Positions 48,295 through 58,252 are shown, counted from the stretch's first letter. The stretch is DNA of 64,000 bases from Patescibacteria group bacterium (GCA_028717685.1 JAQUNI010000001.1:335451-399450), one strand, 5' to 3'. Numbers and translations are program-made. Notes: generated by a model not told the origin, from the sequence alone.

Positions 48295-48837
48295 TTATTT
48301 TTTGTAGACCAACGCGTAATGATAAGGGCTCGGATCCCAAGAATCAAGCAAATCTAAGCCCAAATCTTGAGCAAGCTCCTTCACCTTGTGTTCTGAAATT
48401 CTATTGTTCGGCAAAGGCCCAAAGGGCAAATCCTGGAGTTTCCAATCAATGATTAAAATCTTGCCATCTTCCTTGGTGATCCGTTTCGCCTCTTTGAAAA
48501 TTTCCTGTGGTTTATCGTTTTGAAACAAAACGTCAACCAGCATAGCTAAGTCCAAAGTGTTATCGGGTAACTTTGTACTTTGATAAACCTCCAAGTCCGC
48601 CCAAACCATTTTTACAATATCATCCAAACCCTCCATATGCGCCTTATCTTCCACCCCCGATAAAGCAGAGTGCTGAATATCAATAGCATAAGCCACCCCT
48701 TTCTCGCCAACAATCTTTGCCGCCGGCAGGATGAAAAAACCCGCCCCGCAGCCTAAATCCGCGGTTTTCATTCCTTGTTTTAAACCCACGCGGTCTAAAA
48801 CTTCTTCTGGTTTAATAAAACCTTCAATTCTAGGCAT
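48295..48837 (-). CDS. Class I SAM-dependent methyltransferase
   Basis: ADLGCGAGFF and LIIDW motifs. Confidence 0.88.
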   Translation of the reverse strand: MPRIEGFIKPEEVLDRVGLKQGMKTADLGCGAGFFILPAAKIVGEKGVAYAIDIQHSALSGVEDKAHMEGLDDIVKMVWADLEVYQSTKLPDNTLDLAMLVDVLFQNDKPQEIFKEAKRITKEDGKILIIDWKLQDLPFGPLPNNRISEHKVKELAQDLGLDLLDSWDPSPYHYALVYKK

Positions 48838-48845
48838 AAGAGTAA

Positions 48846-48976
48846 AAATTTTTAATTTTTGATTTTTAATTTTTAACGAATTTTTATTTGCTTAATTCTT
48901 ATTGTCATTACCATAAGACAATAATCCAATAAATAAATAAAAATTAGCTAAAAAATAAGAAATAAAAATTAAAAAT
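48846..48976. repeat. Empty (geneless) copy of the four-helix-bundle-flanking palindrome
   Basis: Right arm aaaattagctaaaaaataagaaataaaaattaaaaatt differs from 3549-3586 at two positions. Confidence 0.85.
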
Positions 48977-49607
48977 TATCTAACAACATCTTGATCGGTC
49001 CGAAACTCTTTCTATGAATCGCGCACGGTCCGAATTGCGCCAACTTTTCTCTATGTTCTATTGTACCATAACCTTTATGGGAATCAAAGCCATATTGGGG
49101 ATATTTTTGGTGGAGGGCAAACATAATCCTGTCCCGCGTCACCTTGGCAATAATGGAAGCGGCGGCGATTAAACGTTCCGAACCATCTCCTTTCACAACT
49201 GTCTTTTGAACATAAGGAAAAGCGGGAATTTCAAGATTGCCGTCCACTAAAACGCAATCAACTTTTTTGCGAAGCCCTAAAGCCAAATTTCGCACTGCTA
49301 TTCTCATTGCCCGAAAAGTGGCGCCCAAGATATTCAGTTCATCAATTAAATATGGGCTCGCCGCCCCTAAACCATATTGGCCTTCAGCTGCGATTAGCCT
49401 AAAAAGTTCCTCCCGCTTTTCCGGGTTGATTTTTTTAGAATCGGCAATCTCTTTCAAAAAAAGATTACCCTGCGCATTATAAGGCAGAAAAACCGCCGCC
49501 GCGATGACCGGCCCGGCCCAAGGGCCTCTGCCCGCTTCATCAACGCCAATGATAATTTTTTGACCGTCATTGATTAATTTTTTTTCAATTTCGGAGAGTA
49601 AGGACAT
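48969..49607 (-). CDS. rnhB: Ribonuclease HII
   Basis: GVDEAGRGP, DSKK and IAAASIIAKVTRD motifs. Confidence 0.96.
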   Translation of the reverse strand: MSLLSEIEKKLINDGQKIIIGVDEAGRGPWAGPVIAAAVFLPYNAQGNLFLKEIADSKKINPEKREELFRLIAAEGQYGLGAASPYLIDELNILGATFRAMRIAVRNLALGLRKKVDCVLVDGNLEIPAFPYVQKTVVKGDGSERLIAAASIIAKVTRDRIMFALHQKYPQYGFDSHKGYGTIEHREKLAQFGPCAIHRKSFGPIKMLLDNF

Positions 49608-49929
49608 TTTATTACCTTGAATTGCGAAATGCGATTAGATTATATATAGCCTCCATTGTCAGGGGAGAGGAATTCAACTCCCCTCTAATCTCCCCTTATC
49701 CTCCTTCCTGACATTTCTTTAATGAGTCTGTTGTATTCTTATTACAATGAACAAATCCAACTAAATTCTTTCACCTCCTATGATTTAGTTGTGGAATCTA
49801 ATATAGACCTTCAACACGGCAAAAAAAGTATTAATCTATTATAAAGGAAATTCATCTAAAAATCCATATTAAACCAAACAAAATATTTGACAAAAAAACT
49901 CCTTGGCTTTCCGCAAGGAGCAATGGATA

Positions 49930-50547
49930 TTATTCTGCATTCTCTCTAAAGAGCTTCATCTCGCCTACGCCCAGACGGTTCACTTTAAAGATCAAATTTC
50001 TCCCTCCCCTTTTGTCTGCGCAAGTGAGTACCCCTTCATATTTTTCACCTGGCGTATCAGAAGAAGAAACTTTAAGCTCATTGCCTGTCTTGACAATGGC
50101 TAAGATTTTTACGATTTGCCAAGGATTATAAGCGGGCTGATCCGTGTTCCATATTTGCTGGTCTATAATCATCCCATCGCTAGCCGTGATTTCCAGCCCT
50201 CTTCCCTTCGCATACAGCACCACTAATAAATGGACTCTGGAATGCGACTTCAAATTTGGAGCGGCTAAAATTCTTTTTCCGCCTCTCTTTTTCTGGAGAT
50301 TAACATATCTCACCAGATTTTTCACGGATTTTCGAGAAAACCAAGGCACAATCGGCTTACGGACAACTTTTATTTTTAGAAGCTCTTCTATACAAGCTTC
50401 TTGAACGGGAATGAATGTCTCCCCCACCTGAATTCCAGGCGGGTATCGGTCTAAGGGAATTTCAATCCCGCCCATTATACCTACTTCTTGCAGGTTCAGT
50501 TCTTTAAAGGGTGAAAACCAATACACAGTGGCACAACGCAAATTCAT
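49930..50547 (-). CDS. Hypothetical protein
   Basis: 205-aa ORF preceded by AGGAGG; no motif recognised. Confidence 0.6.
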   Translation of the reverse strand: MNLRCATVYWFSPFKELNLQEVGIMGGIEIPLDRYPPGIQVGETFIPVQEACIEELLKIKVVRKPIVPWFSRKSVKNLVRYVNLQKKRGGKRILAAPNLKSHSRVHLLVVLYAKGRGLEITASDGMIIDQQIWNTDQPAYNPWQIVKILAIVKTGNELKVSSSDTPGEKYEGVLTCADKRGGRNLIFKVNRLGVGEMKLFRENAE

Positions 50548-50560
50548 TATTAATTTCCTC

Positions 50561-50779
50561 CTATACTTCGGTAAAGACCCTATAGAAATGCCTTCTGATT
50601 CTGTTTATTATTCCTTTATTAGGGATCGTTTGCCACTTTGGCTTGAATTCCGCAAGCTTTTTGAAATGATCAAAGTCACCATAATAACCAAAGTTATCTT
50701 CATCTTGTGCTAGCATTACGCGGAATTCATCAGAAACTCTCCGCAACATTTTCTCCCGCTCTTCTTCCGGCTGATTCAT
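50561..50779 (-). CDS. Hypothetical protein
   Basis: 72-aa ORF with a GAGGTG RBS. Confidence 0.55.
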   Translation of the reverse strand: MNQPEEEREKMLRRVSDEFRVMLAQDEDNFGYYGDFDHFKKLAEFKPKWQTIPNKGIINRIRRHFYRVFTEV

Positions 50780-50962
50780 AATAACACCTCTTTTTTCAGC
50801 AAAAAGATTGCTGATTTAAGCTTAATAGAACTACTTTTTACATCTTTATAAAAAGAACAAATGTGAAAATTTTATGGGATTTTTCTGTTTTTTAAAAAAT
50901 TACTTAATTCCTGCTTATAAAAATCAATTCTGGATTGATATTCTTCTGTTTGCTTCGCAAAT

Positions 50963-51928
50963 CTAACGGGGCAGGTATTTTTTATGAGGTTCTTCGACAG
51001 TTTTTCTCTTGGCAGCAGATTCTTTTTTAGCTTCTCGGTCTAGACCCTGCCATTTACCTCCGCGTTTAAATGACCAAATCGCATCGTATGCAAAATCCTT
51101 TCGCGTCAACTCTGACTTATCTTTTATTGAGAAGTCAAAAAATATAAAAGCTGGTATTTCGGGAGTCGGCTTTGGCTGATCGAATGGAGGAAGTACGAAT
51201 TCAAATGCAACCGGAATTCCAGAGCGATATCTGGACCGAAACTTGGGAAAATAAGAATCTTTGCCTACTTCGCATCGTTTGCCAAGTACGAGTGTTAAAT
51301 GATGCTCTGTAACTTCGTCTACAAGTGAAGAATTGCGAAGCTTATCTCGAGCGCTTTGAAAGAAATTCTGTGCTATGGGTCTTTTCGGACTCGGGTAGCA
51401 TAAGAAGATATATTCGTTGGGTTTGGTAACCACAACAATAATTTGCACATTTTTTGAGTCATCCTCATAATTTCCTTAAGTCCATTTCAGAAAAAGACCT
51501 TCAAGCTTTTTTGCATATTCCAAATCAGTTATCATCATTGAGACCAATGGGATATTATATTTACCACCCGGTGGCGTGGCGTACCCGAAGCCAACACCGA
51601 CCCATTTATCTGGGTCCAATTCAAAATCGGGTAAGAGATGAATAAATGCATGAGGATGTGCAAACGCCGTCTTTTCCAAGAGCAATGATATCAAATACAC
51701 CACGCAACCAAATGCAAAAGCGACCCACACAGAATCAAAAATAATGAATGCGGATAATAGTGTTATGGCTGTAGAAAAGTATTTGAGAAATTTAATCTTT
51801 CCCCTGTGATGCTCGGGAATAACGATTTTGAAGTGCTTGTTTTTTCTACGCAGCTGATACTCAAATCGAAAACGATTGAAACGCAGTCGCAATCTTCGAA
51901 TGAATTGATAAAGTTTCTCGATAATCAT
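50963..51928 (-). pseudogene. Hypothetical membrane protein split by an in-frame TAA at 51476-51478
   Basis: ORFs 51476-51928 and 50963-51448 share a frame and are joined by nine sense codons (GNYEDDSKN) after the stop. Confidence 0.7.
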
Positions 51929-51946
51929 GTTTTGGACGGCAAATTC

Positions 51947-52681
51947 TTAAGAAACTGGAACTTTACCCTTAAGTAGTTTCTTAATAATTTTGGGAGCGAA
52001 CAATACACCAATTACATAAAAAGCAATTAAAGCAAAAAACAGGTATTTATTTGTAAGCAATGACGCCCCTATGAAAATAGTTACAGAAACTGGCACAATC
52101 ATTCCAAGAAATGACACAAGAATAAAAGTTGGATATTTCATTTTCGCTATCCCCGAAATATATGCTATCAAGTCTGTATCAGTGCTCGGTAGAAAACGGG
52201 AAATAAAAACTGCCTGCCATCCAATTTTTTCTGTATATTTTTTTAACTTTTCTTGCTCTTCTTCATTAATTAGCTTTATATATATTCCTTTTCTTATTTT
52301 TGTTCCTAGCCAGTAATTTATGGTCGAACCAATTATTCTTGCGATAAGGCCAAATACTAATGCTTTCCAGAACCCAAAAACAATACCGCCAGCTATCGGG
52401 ACGACGTCATTTGGTATTGGTGGCGCAATTACCACAACAATACTTAACAAAACGTAGACCAAAATCGCCCATTTTTCATAAGAAAGAACAAAAGTTTTGA
52501 TACTTTCGGGTTCGGTAAATAGTTTAGAAAAAGGTGTCCATATGAGTATCGGTACTAAAAAGATAACAAAAATAATGAGTGCAGATAGTAGTAATAACAT
52601 CCACAGTCGGTGCTTAAAATATATTTCTTTAAGTTTTATATGTGTATGATTAAAAAAATTTTCCCTAAACAAAACCGCCAA
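51947..52681 (-). CDS. TVP38/TMEM64 (VTT/DedA superfamily) membrane protein
   Basis: APPIP...GGIVFG...GS-INY-LG...SRFLP...Y-SG; start uncertain. Confidence 0.88.
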   Translation of the reverse strand: MAVLFRENFFNHTHIKLKEIYFKHRLWMLLLLSALIIFVIFLVPILIWTPFSKLFTEPESIKTFVLSYEKWAILVYVLLSIVVVIAPPIPNDVVPIAGGIVFGFWKALVFGLIARIIGSTINYWLGTKIRKGIYIKLINEEEQEKLKKYTEKIGWQAVFISRFLPSTDTDLIAYISGIAKMKYPTFILVSFLGMIVPVSVTIFIGASLLTNKYLFFALIAFYVIGVLFAPKIIKKLLKGKVPVS

Positions 52682-52717
52682 CTGATTTTTCGCCCAACCC
52701 GCCTGCTCACAAGCCTG

Positions 52718-52982
52718 TGCCCCTCAAGAAGAGTCGCCCCGAGATGAACTCGGGGCGCCACGGGTTCATCCCGTGGCGAACCATAATCTCCGCAGTACTA
52801 AGCATACGTTAAAACATAGATTGAATGCAGGGTAAAAGTCCCTTGTTTCCCGCCCGCCTGGCTCGTCTGGTGCCCTCATCTGGAATCGGACCAGAATCTA
52901 GGGCTTAGGAGTCCCTTGTTCTATCCATTGAACTATGAGGGCGTCAGGCGAGTCGGGCGGGTATCCGTTGAACTACAGGGGC
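52718..52982 (-). pseudogene. Fragmented tRNA-Arg-like relic enclosing the intact tRNA-Arg
   Basis: GCCCCTGTAGTTCAACGGATA (52962-52982), GAAACAAGGGACT (52837-52849) and GGTTCG[double hairpin]ACTCTTCTTGAGGGGCA (52718-52782). Confidence 0.65.
52868..52942 (-). tRNA. tRNA-Arg(CCT) with encoded CCA
   Basis: GCCCTCA acceptor; AGGGA-CTCCTAA-GCCCT anticodon arm. Confidence 0.92.
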
Positions 52983-53107
52983 AAAGGCACTGGCGGGCAA
53001 ATCAAAGTAAAAAGTGAATGATGTTATGTCTACTCAATTATATTCTCAAACTCATTGCTTGTAAATTTTTCTGATGCTAGAATAAGGAGAATAACTAAAA
53101 ATAGAAA

Positions 53108-54571
53108 ATGAAAATTAAGACTAAAAATAGCATCACTTTTTTGAAATATTTTTTCTTTTTTCTTTTTGCCTTATCTATCCCCTTCCAGAAACGGCATATC
53201 TTTTTTTATTACCCTATTGCGGGAGAATTTAATGAATGGACGGCAATCAGTATTTATGTTTCAGATATTCTTTTATTCTTAAGTTTGATTTTTTGGCTTG
53301 GCGAACTTGTTATTTCTAGAAATCATTTAAGATTACGGAATATTATAACCCCTCTTTATCTCCCCTTGTCAGGGGAGAAACATACCCCCCTGATAAGGGG
53401 GGTTAGGGGGGTCTTAAATTATTTCCGTGAGGGCATACTAAATCTTAAAAAGAAAAATAAATTATTGATTATTGGTTACTGGCTGCTGGTTACCCTGCTC
53501 GCCATTGCTTTTTTTTCCTTAATTAATGCCCAAAATTTAAACATTGCCCTCTTCCGCCTATTAAAATTAGGAGAAGTAATTCTCCTATTTATTTTTATTG
53601 TCTCCAACTTTGGCTCCAGAAAATTACGGTTGCTTTTATATTTATTTTTACTGACTAGCGGAATAGCACAGGGAATAATTGCAGTAGGACAGTATTTTCA
53701 CCAACATTCTCTGGGTCTCAAAATTTTAGGCGAGAATGACCTTGCCCCTAACATAATTGGCGTGGCAAAGATAGTCGTCAATGGCGGCAAAATTATCCGG
53801 GCTTACGGCGCCTTCCCCCACCCCAACATTTTAGGCGGCTTTTTAATCGCCACTATTTTATTTTGTTTTTACCTCTGGACCAAAATACCAAGAGTAAAAT
53901 GGGGCAAATTTCTAAAAATCATTCTTCTTTTTATTCTTTCTCTCTTTACCATCACCATCACCCTCACCTTTTCCCGCACGGCTTGGCTAGGGCTCATCAT
54001 TGCTTTATTAGGCTTGCTCATCATTAACCTCCACAAAATCAAAAACTACGCTCCCCCACTAGGTATCATTATTATTACCGCCCTAACCTTATTTTACTTT
54101 CTCCAACCCCAAATTCTAACTCGTCAAACGATTAGTGATTCTTCTGGGGATTTCGCTCTGTCCAATCGCGCGTTTTTAAACCAAATTGCTTTGCTCGCAA
54201 TTGCCAAACACCCATTTTTAGGGGTTGGCATAGGCAATTTCGTGCTAAGCATCTCCGATTTTACGAAGGCGGACCTGCCGGCTTGGCGCTATCAACCAAG
54301 CCACAATCTCTATTTAGCTATGGCTTCAGAGACGGGGCTCCCCAGTTTATTAATCTTTCTAACCTTTTTATACCTAACCATCACTCACGCTCTCGGGCAG
54401 ATTAGAAACGACCCTGAAATCGGAATTATATTTTGGATTTTTATTGCTTACCTCTTTATTAGCTGCTTAGACCACTACTTTTATGATCTCCAACAAGGAA
54501 TGCTCTTATTTTGGCTTATCTTAGGGATTATTTGGGCAATTTCTTTACAAAAACTAAATAATATTGCATAA
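53108..54571 (+). CDS. O-antigen ligase (Wzy_C) family protein
   Basis: RAYGAFPHPNILGGFL, TFSRTAW, GVGIGNF and HNLYL---SETG motifs; many TM helices. Confidence 0.9.
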   Translation: MKIKTKNSITFLKYFFFFLFALSIPFQKRHIFFYYPIAGEFNEWTAISIYVSDILLFLSLIFWLGELVISRNHLRLRNIITPLYLPLSGEKHTPLIRGVRGVLNYFREGILNLKKKNKLLIIGYWLLVTLLAIAFFSLINAQNLNIALFRLLKLGEVILLFIFIVSNFGSRKLRLLLYLFLLTSGIAQGIIAVGQYFHQHSLGLKILGENDLAPNIIGVAKIVVNGGKIIRAYGAFPHPNILGGFLIATILFCFYLWTKIPRVKWGKFLKIILLFILSLFTITITLTFSRTAWLGLIIALLGLLIINLHKIKNYAPPLGIIIITALTLFYFLQPQILTRQTISDSSGDFALSNRAFLNQIALLAIAKHPFLGVGIGNFVLSISDFTKADLPAWRYQPSHNLYLAMASETGLPSLLIFLTFLYLTITHALGQIRNDPEIGIIFWIFIAYLFISCLDHYFYDLQQGMLLFWLILGIIWAISLQKLNNIA

Positions 54572-54612
54572 TCAGATTCTTTTCTGCATCTCATTTTTTT
54601 AGTAGTTTAACC

Positions 54613-54640
54613 TGTGGATAACTCCATCTACTTATCCATA
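54613..54640. promoter_or_regulatory. Pair of DnaA-box-like sites
   Basis: TGTGGATAA (54613-54621, exact reverse complement of TTATCCACA) and TTATCCATA (54632-54640). Confidence 0.5.
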
Positions 54641-54733
54641 TACTACATTTTTCATTTAACACAAGCCAAAATATATATATTGACAAATGCATAGAAGATG
54701 TTACTATCCGATATGTAAAAAAATATTAAAAAA

Positions 54734-54749
54734 TGTTCCACGTGGAACA
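54734..54749. promoter_or_regulatory. parS site
   Basis: Perfect palindrome TGTTCCACGTGGAACA matching the widespread chromosomal parS consensus. Confidence 0.8.
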
Positions 54750-54759
54750 TTTTTGATTT

Positions 54760-54900
54760 CCTTAAATTACGAAATTTCCGTAGAATTATAAAATATTCCT
54801 CCCCTTGGGAAGCGGGAGACCAGGAGGGGTCTCAAATAAATATAACTCCCACCCCCTCCATCTCCCCCTCAGGCAGGGGGGGTGAGTTTCGTAATTCACA
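54760..54900. repeat. AATTACG...CGTAATT-bounded element with internal GC hairpins
   Basis: Same termini and internal aaaatattcctccc as 58253-58484. Confidence 0.75.
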
Positions 54901-54922
54901 GCATATTAAAATGAAACCTTGC

Positions 54923-55657
54923 TTATTGTATACCTAAACTCCACAAAAGCTTAAATTTTTGTTCCTCCATCTTTGCCAAATCAGGACTTTGAACAACCAC
55001 ACCTATCAATTCTTTAATTGAGGATATAAGGGCTATTTTATCCTGAAAAATAAACATAGAACTAGGAAAAAAATAACCATCAGGCAAGAATCTGGTCTCC
55101 CGTAAATTCTCCTTAGCTGTCTTTTTTAAAAGCAATGCGTCTTTATCAAAAAAAACCAGTGCTTTAAATTTAATGTCTTTCTTCAATCGTGAAGGAATAT
55201 AATGCTCATAATCATATTCTCGGCTAATAATCTTATAAATATCTTTCACAGAGCCAATATACATAATTTCGCTATGCGGTTTCTCTAATGTTTGTTCCAA
55301 AATACTAAAGCACCCCTCTCTGCCCTCATAAAAACGCACTTCCGGCCTTCTCTCCTCCAAATTTTTCGCTAATGCTTCCAATTGCGGCATTATCTCCCTT
55401 AAAGCGCTTTGCCTTTCTTTAAGAATAAAATTCAATTTTTGCGGTTCCTCCGCGATAAATTTCTTGGTATTCTTGGACTGATAATAACTCATCAGCCCTT
55501 TTTGGATTAAAGAATCAACCACGACATAAACAGTGGTTCTTTTAATTTTGGACTTACGGGCAATATCGGGAATTTTTGAGGGACCGAGCTCCAAGTTCGC
55601 CAAATATATCCTGGCTTCTTTCTCGGTCAAACCTATTTTCTGAAGATGCTTTAACAT
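54923..55657 (-). CDS. TrmB-family transcriptional regulator
   Basis: GLTEKEARIYLANLELG...IKRTTVY...L-QKGL; PEVRFYEG-EG. Confidence 0.9.
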   Translation of the reverse strand: MLKHLQKIGLTEKEARIYLANLELGPSKIPDIARKSKIKRTTVYVVVDSLIQKGLMSYYQSKNTKKFIAEEPQKLNFILKERQSALREIMPQLEALAKNLEERRPEVRFYEGREGCFSILEQTLEKPHSEIMYIGSVKDIYKIISREYDYEHYIPSRLKKDIKFKALVFFDKDALLLKKTAKENLRETRFLPDGYFFPSSMFIFQDKIALISSIKELIGVVVQSPDLAKMEEQKFKLLWSLGIQ

Positions 55658-55830
55658 CCTTATTTGTCAATAATGTTGTCAACTTAATTTTATGTTATCA
55701 TAGGGTAAATATAGTGTCAATATATGAAACTTGACAAAAGTATTGACAAGACTTTTAAGATCATATAAACTAACCGGTTACTAATATAAACCGTTCTTTT
55801 TACACAATTCACCCTAAAGGAGGAAGTTTT

Positions 55831-56328
55831 ATGAAATTCGCTTTACTGATAATGCTTGGGTTGTTGTTTCTGATAGTGGCTGTTATAACTTGGGATCATG
55901 CTATCAGCTCCTCTGAACTCAAAATTCTAGCAATCTATCTAATGCTGGCCGGAGCAGGCGGTTTTATCTATGCTCACTATCCTCACAAGAGCAAGAAAAA
56001 ACCACTGACTGAAAATCCACAGAATTGCACAACATGTCAAAAGCAGGAGAAGGAGAGAAATAAAATTATAGAACAAACAACGAGTGCGACGAGTAAAGAA
56101 GAGATAGATCTAGACAAAATGGCAGAGGAGATTATGAATAGTCCTAACAAAATAGACTCACTCATAACCAAAGCGGAGGAATTGGGCAGACAATATGCCT
56201 TTGATGAAATCTCCGAATTGTATAAGAGGATTAAAATCCACCTAACACAAGAGGAAAAGATTGAATTATTGAAAGAACTACGAGTAAAAAATTTTGTGGA
56301 GCCCTTTCGAAGGAGGATTGGATTATGA
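55831..56328 (+). CDS. Hypothetical two-TM membrane protein
   Basis: AAGGAGG RBS; C-terminal domain shared with the next gene. Confidence 0.75.
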   Translation: MKFALLIMLGLLFLIVAVITWDHAISSSELKILAIYLMLAGAGGFIYAHYPHKSKKKPLTENPQNCTTCQKQEKERNKIIEQTTSATSKEEIDLDKMAEEIMNSPNKIDSLITKAEELGRQYAFDEISELYKRIKIHLTQEEKIELLKELRVKNFVEPFRRRIGL

Positions 56329-56831
56329 AGAATCTTGTTCTGATATGTATAGCTATGGGGTCTCTTATTTTATTGTTGGTTATTGGAGTTTTAGTGTTGC
56401 CAATTTCGGTAATGCTGTCAGCCACCCCTTTTCAACGGGAAATTCTAAGAATATCTTGTATTATTTGTGCTATCGTAGCGCTCTTTTGCGAAATTTGGGT
56501 CTGGCTAAATATAAGAAAACAAGACAAATTCAAGGAGAAACAGGATCTTGAAAAGGAACAAATAAGACGGGCAAGATTTAGAAAGCAAATGGAAATTATT
56601 GAACAAGCGCAGAATGTCCCATTGTCCAAGACAGTAGAATGTTGCGATTTAGACAAAATGATAAAAGAGATTGTGAATAGTCCTAACAAAATAGATTCAC
56701 TAATAGCTAAAGTGCGAGTATTATGTTCACAATTCAAATTTGATAAAATCCCAGAATTATTTGAGAGGGCTAACTTAACTAAAGAGGAAAAACTTGAGCT
56801 AGATAAAAAATTGCGTGCAATGGGATTCTAA
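56325..56831 (+). CDS. Hypothetical two-TM membrane protein, paralog of 55831
   Basis: ATGA overlap; DLDKM-KEI-NSPNKIDSLI-K motif. Confidence 0.75.
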   Translation: MKNLVLICIAMGSLILLLVIGVLVLPISVMLSATPFQREILRISCIICAIVALFCEIWVWLNIRKQDKFKEKQDLEKEQIRRARFRKQMEIIEQAQNVPLSKTVECCDLDKMIKEIVNSPNKIDSLIAKVRVLCSQFKFDKIPELFERANLTKEEKLELDKKLRAMGF

Positions 56832-56841
56832 AAAAAATATG

Positions 56842-56871
56842 ACCATCATCAAACTAGATGATGGTTTTTTT
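56842..56871 (+). terminator. Intrinsic terminator
   Basis: accatcatc-aaacta-gatgatggt followed by a T run. Confidence 0.75.
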
Positions 56872-56924
56872 ATTTGTAGTATTGCGAAGCTCATTACTTC
56901 TACCTTCCGCAAAGAAATTTAACA

Positions 56925-57000
56925 ACCCACCCCTAACCCTCCCTTGTCAGGGAGGGAGAAAATCTTTCCCCCTGCCTACCGGCAGGTAGGCAGGGGAGAA
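56925..57000. repeat. GC-rich hairpin cluster
   Basis: ccctcccttgtcagggaggg and cctgcctaccggcaggtaggcagg. Confidence 0.7.
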
Positions 57001-57122
57001 GTTTTATCCTCCCTTGGCGAAGTAATATTCCCAATAATGCTTACAAAAATAATAAAAACAGGTTTCAAACCTGCTTTTTGCTCTAAGAATCACTGAAAAT
57101 GATTTTGAAGATAGGGGTTTTG

Positions 57123-57506
57123 TCAAAAACGCATTGCGCGATACAAATAGTCCACTCCCAATGCAAAAAGATTGGTTTTTAATTTAAAAACATACAAAAC
57201 AATCAAAAAGACGGTAAATCCCAAGGAGAGATACATTGCTTGGCGCAAATCCTGAAGCGAGGAATGCAACAAAACGGGGTTAGCGATTTTCTTCTCCGGC
57301 TTAAAATTCCCCAGCGGCTCTTGGAGAATCCCTGGTTGCCCTTCCTCTTCAGGCTTCAATAATTCGTCTATTCGCGTTTCCTCCTGCACCTTCTCAATTC
57401 CAGGTGCGGGGACTCTTTCATTTTGGATCACTGGCGCGCCAGACAGATGATGCATCTTACGAAACTTGCGGCTTTTGTTTTTGTGAAAACGATTTTTATG
57501 GCTCAT
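57123..57506 (-). CDS. Hypothetical protein with a C-terminal TM helix
   Basis: 127-aa ORF with a basic N-terminus. Confidence 0.65.
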   Translation of the reverse strand: MSHKNRFHKNKSRKFRKMHHLSGAPVIQNERVPAPGIEKVQEETRIDELLKPEEEGQPGILQEPLGNFKPEKKIANPVLLHSSLQDLRQAMYLSLGFTVFLIVLYVFKLKTNLFALGVDYLYRAMRF

Positions 57507-57717
57507 GGGATTACTACTTTATTTGTTGATGAAATGCATCTTTGTCTATTAGTGATCTCCTAAATCTGTATAAATGCATCTCGATGAGATTGCTTCGTCG
57601 TCCCTCGACAAGCTCGGGACTCCTCGCAATGACGACTCCAAAATAAATATAGCATAATCAAGGAGCGAAGACAATAAAAAAACGTTACCAAAGTTCTGGT
57701 AACGTAAGAGATAAACA

Positions 57718-58107
57718 TTACGACCACCCATAATAATCTGAAAGGGAATATGGGCTCTCCATCTCAAACAAGTAGCCACTGGGGTCAATACAAATCTCTT
57801 CGCAGTAATGGAGATTATAACTGTAATTCCCCTTCTTGGCCTTCGCGAGGTAGGTAACATTGATATAGGTATCAGCCTTTGGCTCCACGGTCACGGTTTC
57901 AGTATAGCCAACCGTGAATTCCGCAGAACTATAATGCTTGCCATTGTAATAAAAGTCCCCCTGAATCCTAATACTGATACTTTCTACCCCATAAGTTTCA
58001 TTTTTAACATTCAACTCATAGCCAGATTCATCCACGGGCGAGAGCCCGACATAACAGCCAGGAAAACACACTACCAACACTAAAACTAACCATATCATCT
58101 TTCGCAT
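57718..58107 (-). CDS. Putative lipoprotein
   Basis: GAGGTG RBS; signal peptide ending in FPGC. Confidence 0.7.
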   Translation of the reverse strand: MRKMIWLVLVLVVCFPGCYVGLSPVDESGYELNVKNETYGVESISIRIQGDFYYNGKHYSSAEFTVGYTETVTVEPKADTYINVTYLAKAKKGNYSYNLHYCEEICIDPSGYLFEMESPYSLSDYYGWS

Positions 58108-58252
58108 TTCTTCACCTCATTGTAAATCAAGTAACCCAATATAGTAGCATAGCACCACCATTTAAATCCTTTTTATGATGGTTTTATCATATCACAAATA
58201 CTTTAAAATGTCAAATAAATTGTTGCGGTTCAATATCTTGAAAACACTTTGT

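Noticed and set aside
49650-49785. Tiny ORF after AGGAGGTG with nearby hairpins as a type I toxin-antitoxin locus
   Set aside because: Only about 13 codons with a TTG start; no support beyond an SD-like motif.
50963-51928. Stop-codon reassignment
   Set aside because: The interrupting codon is TAA, housekeeping genes are intact in code 11, and TGA ends several genes.
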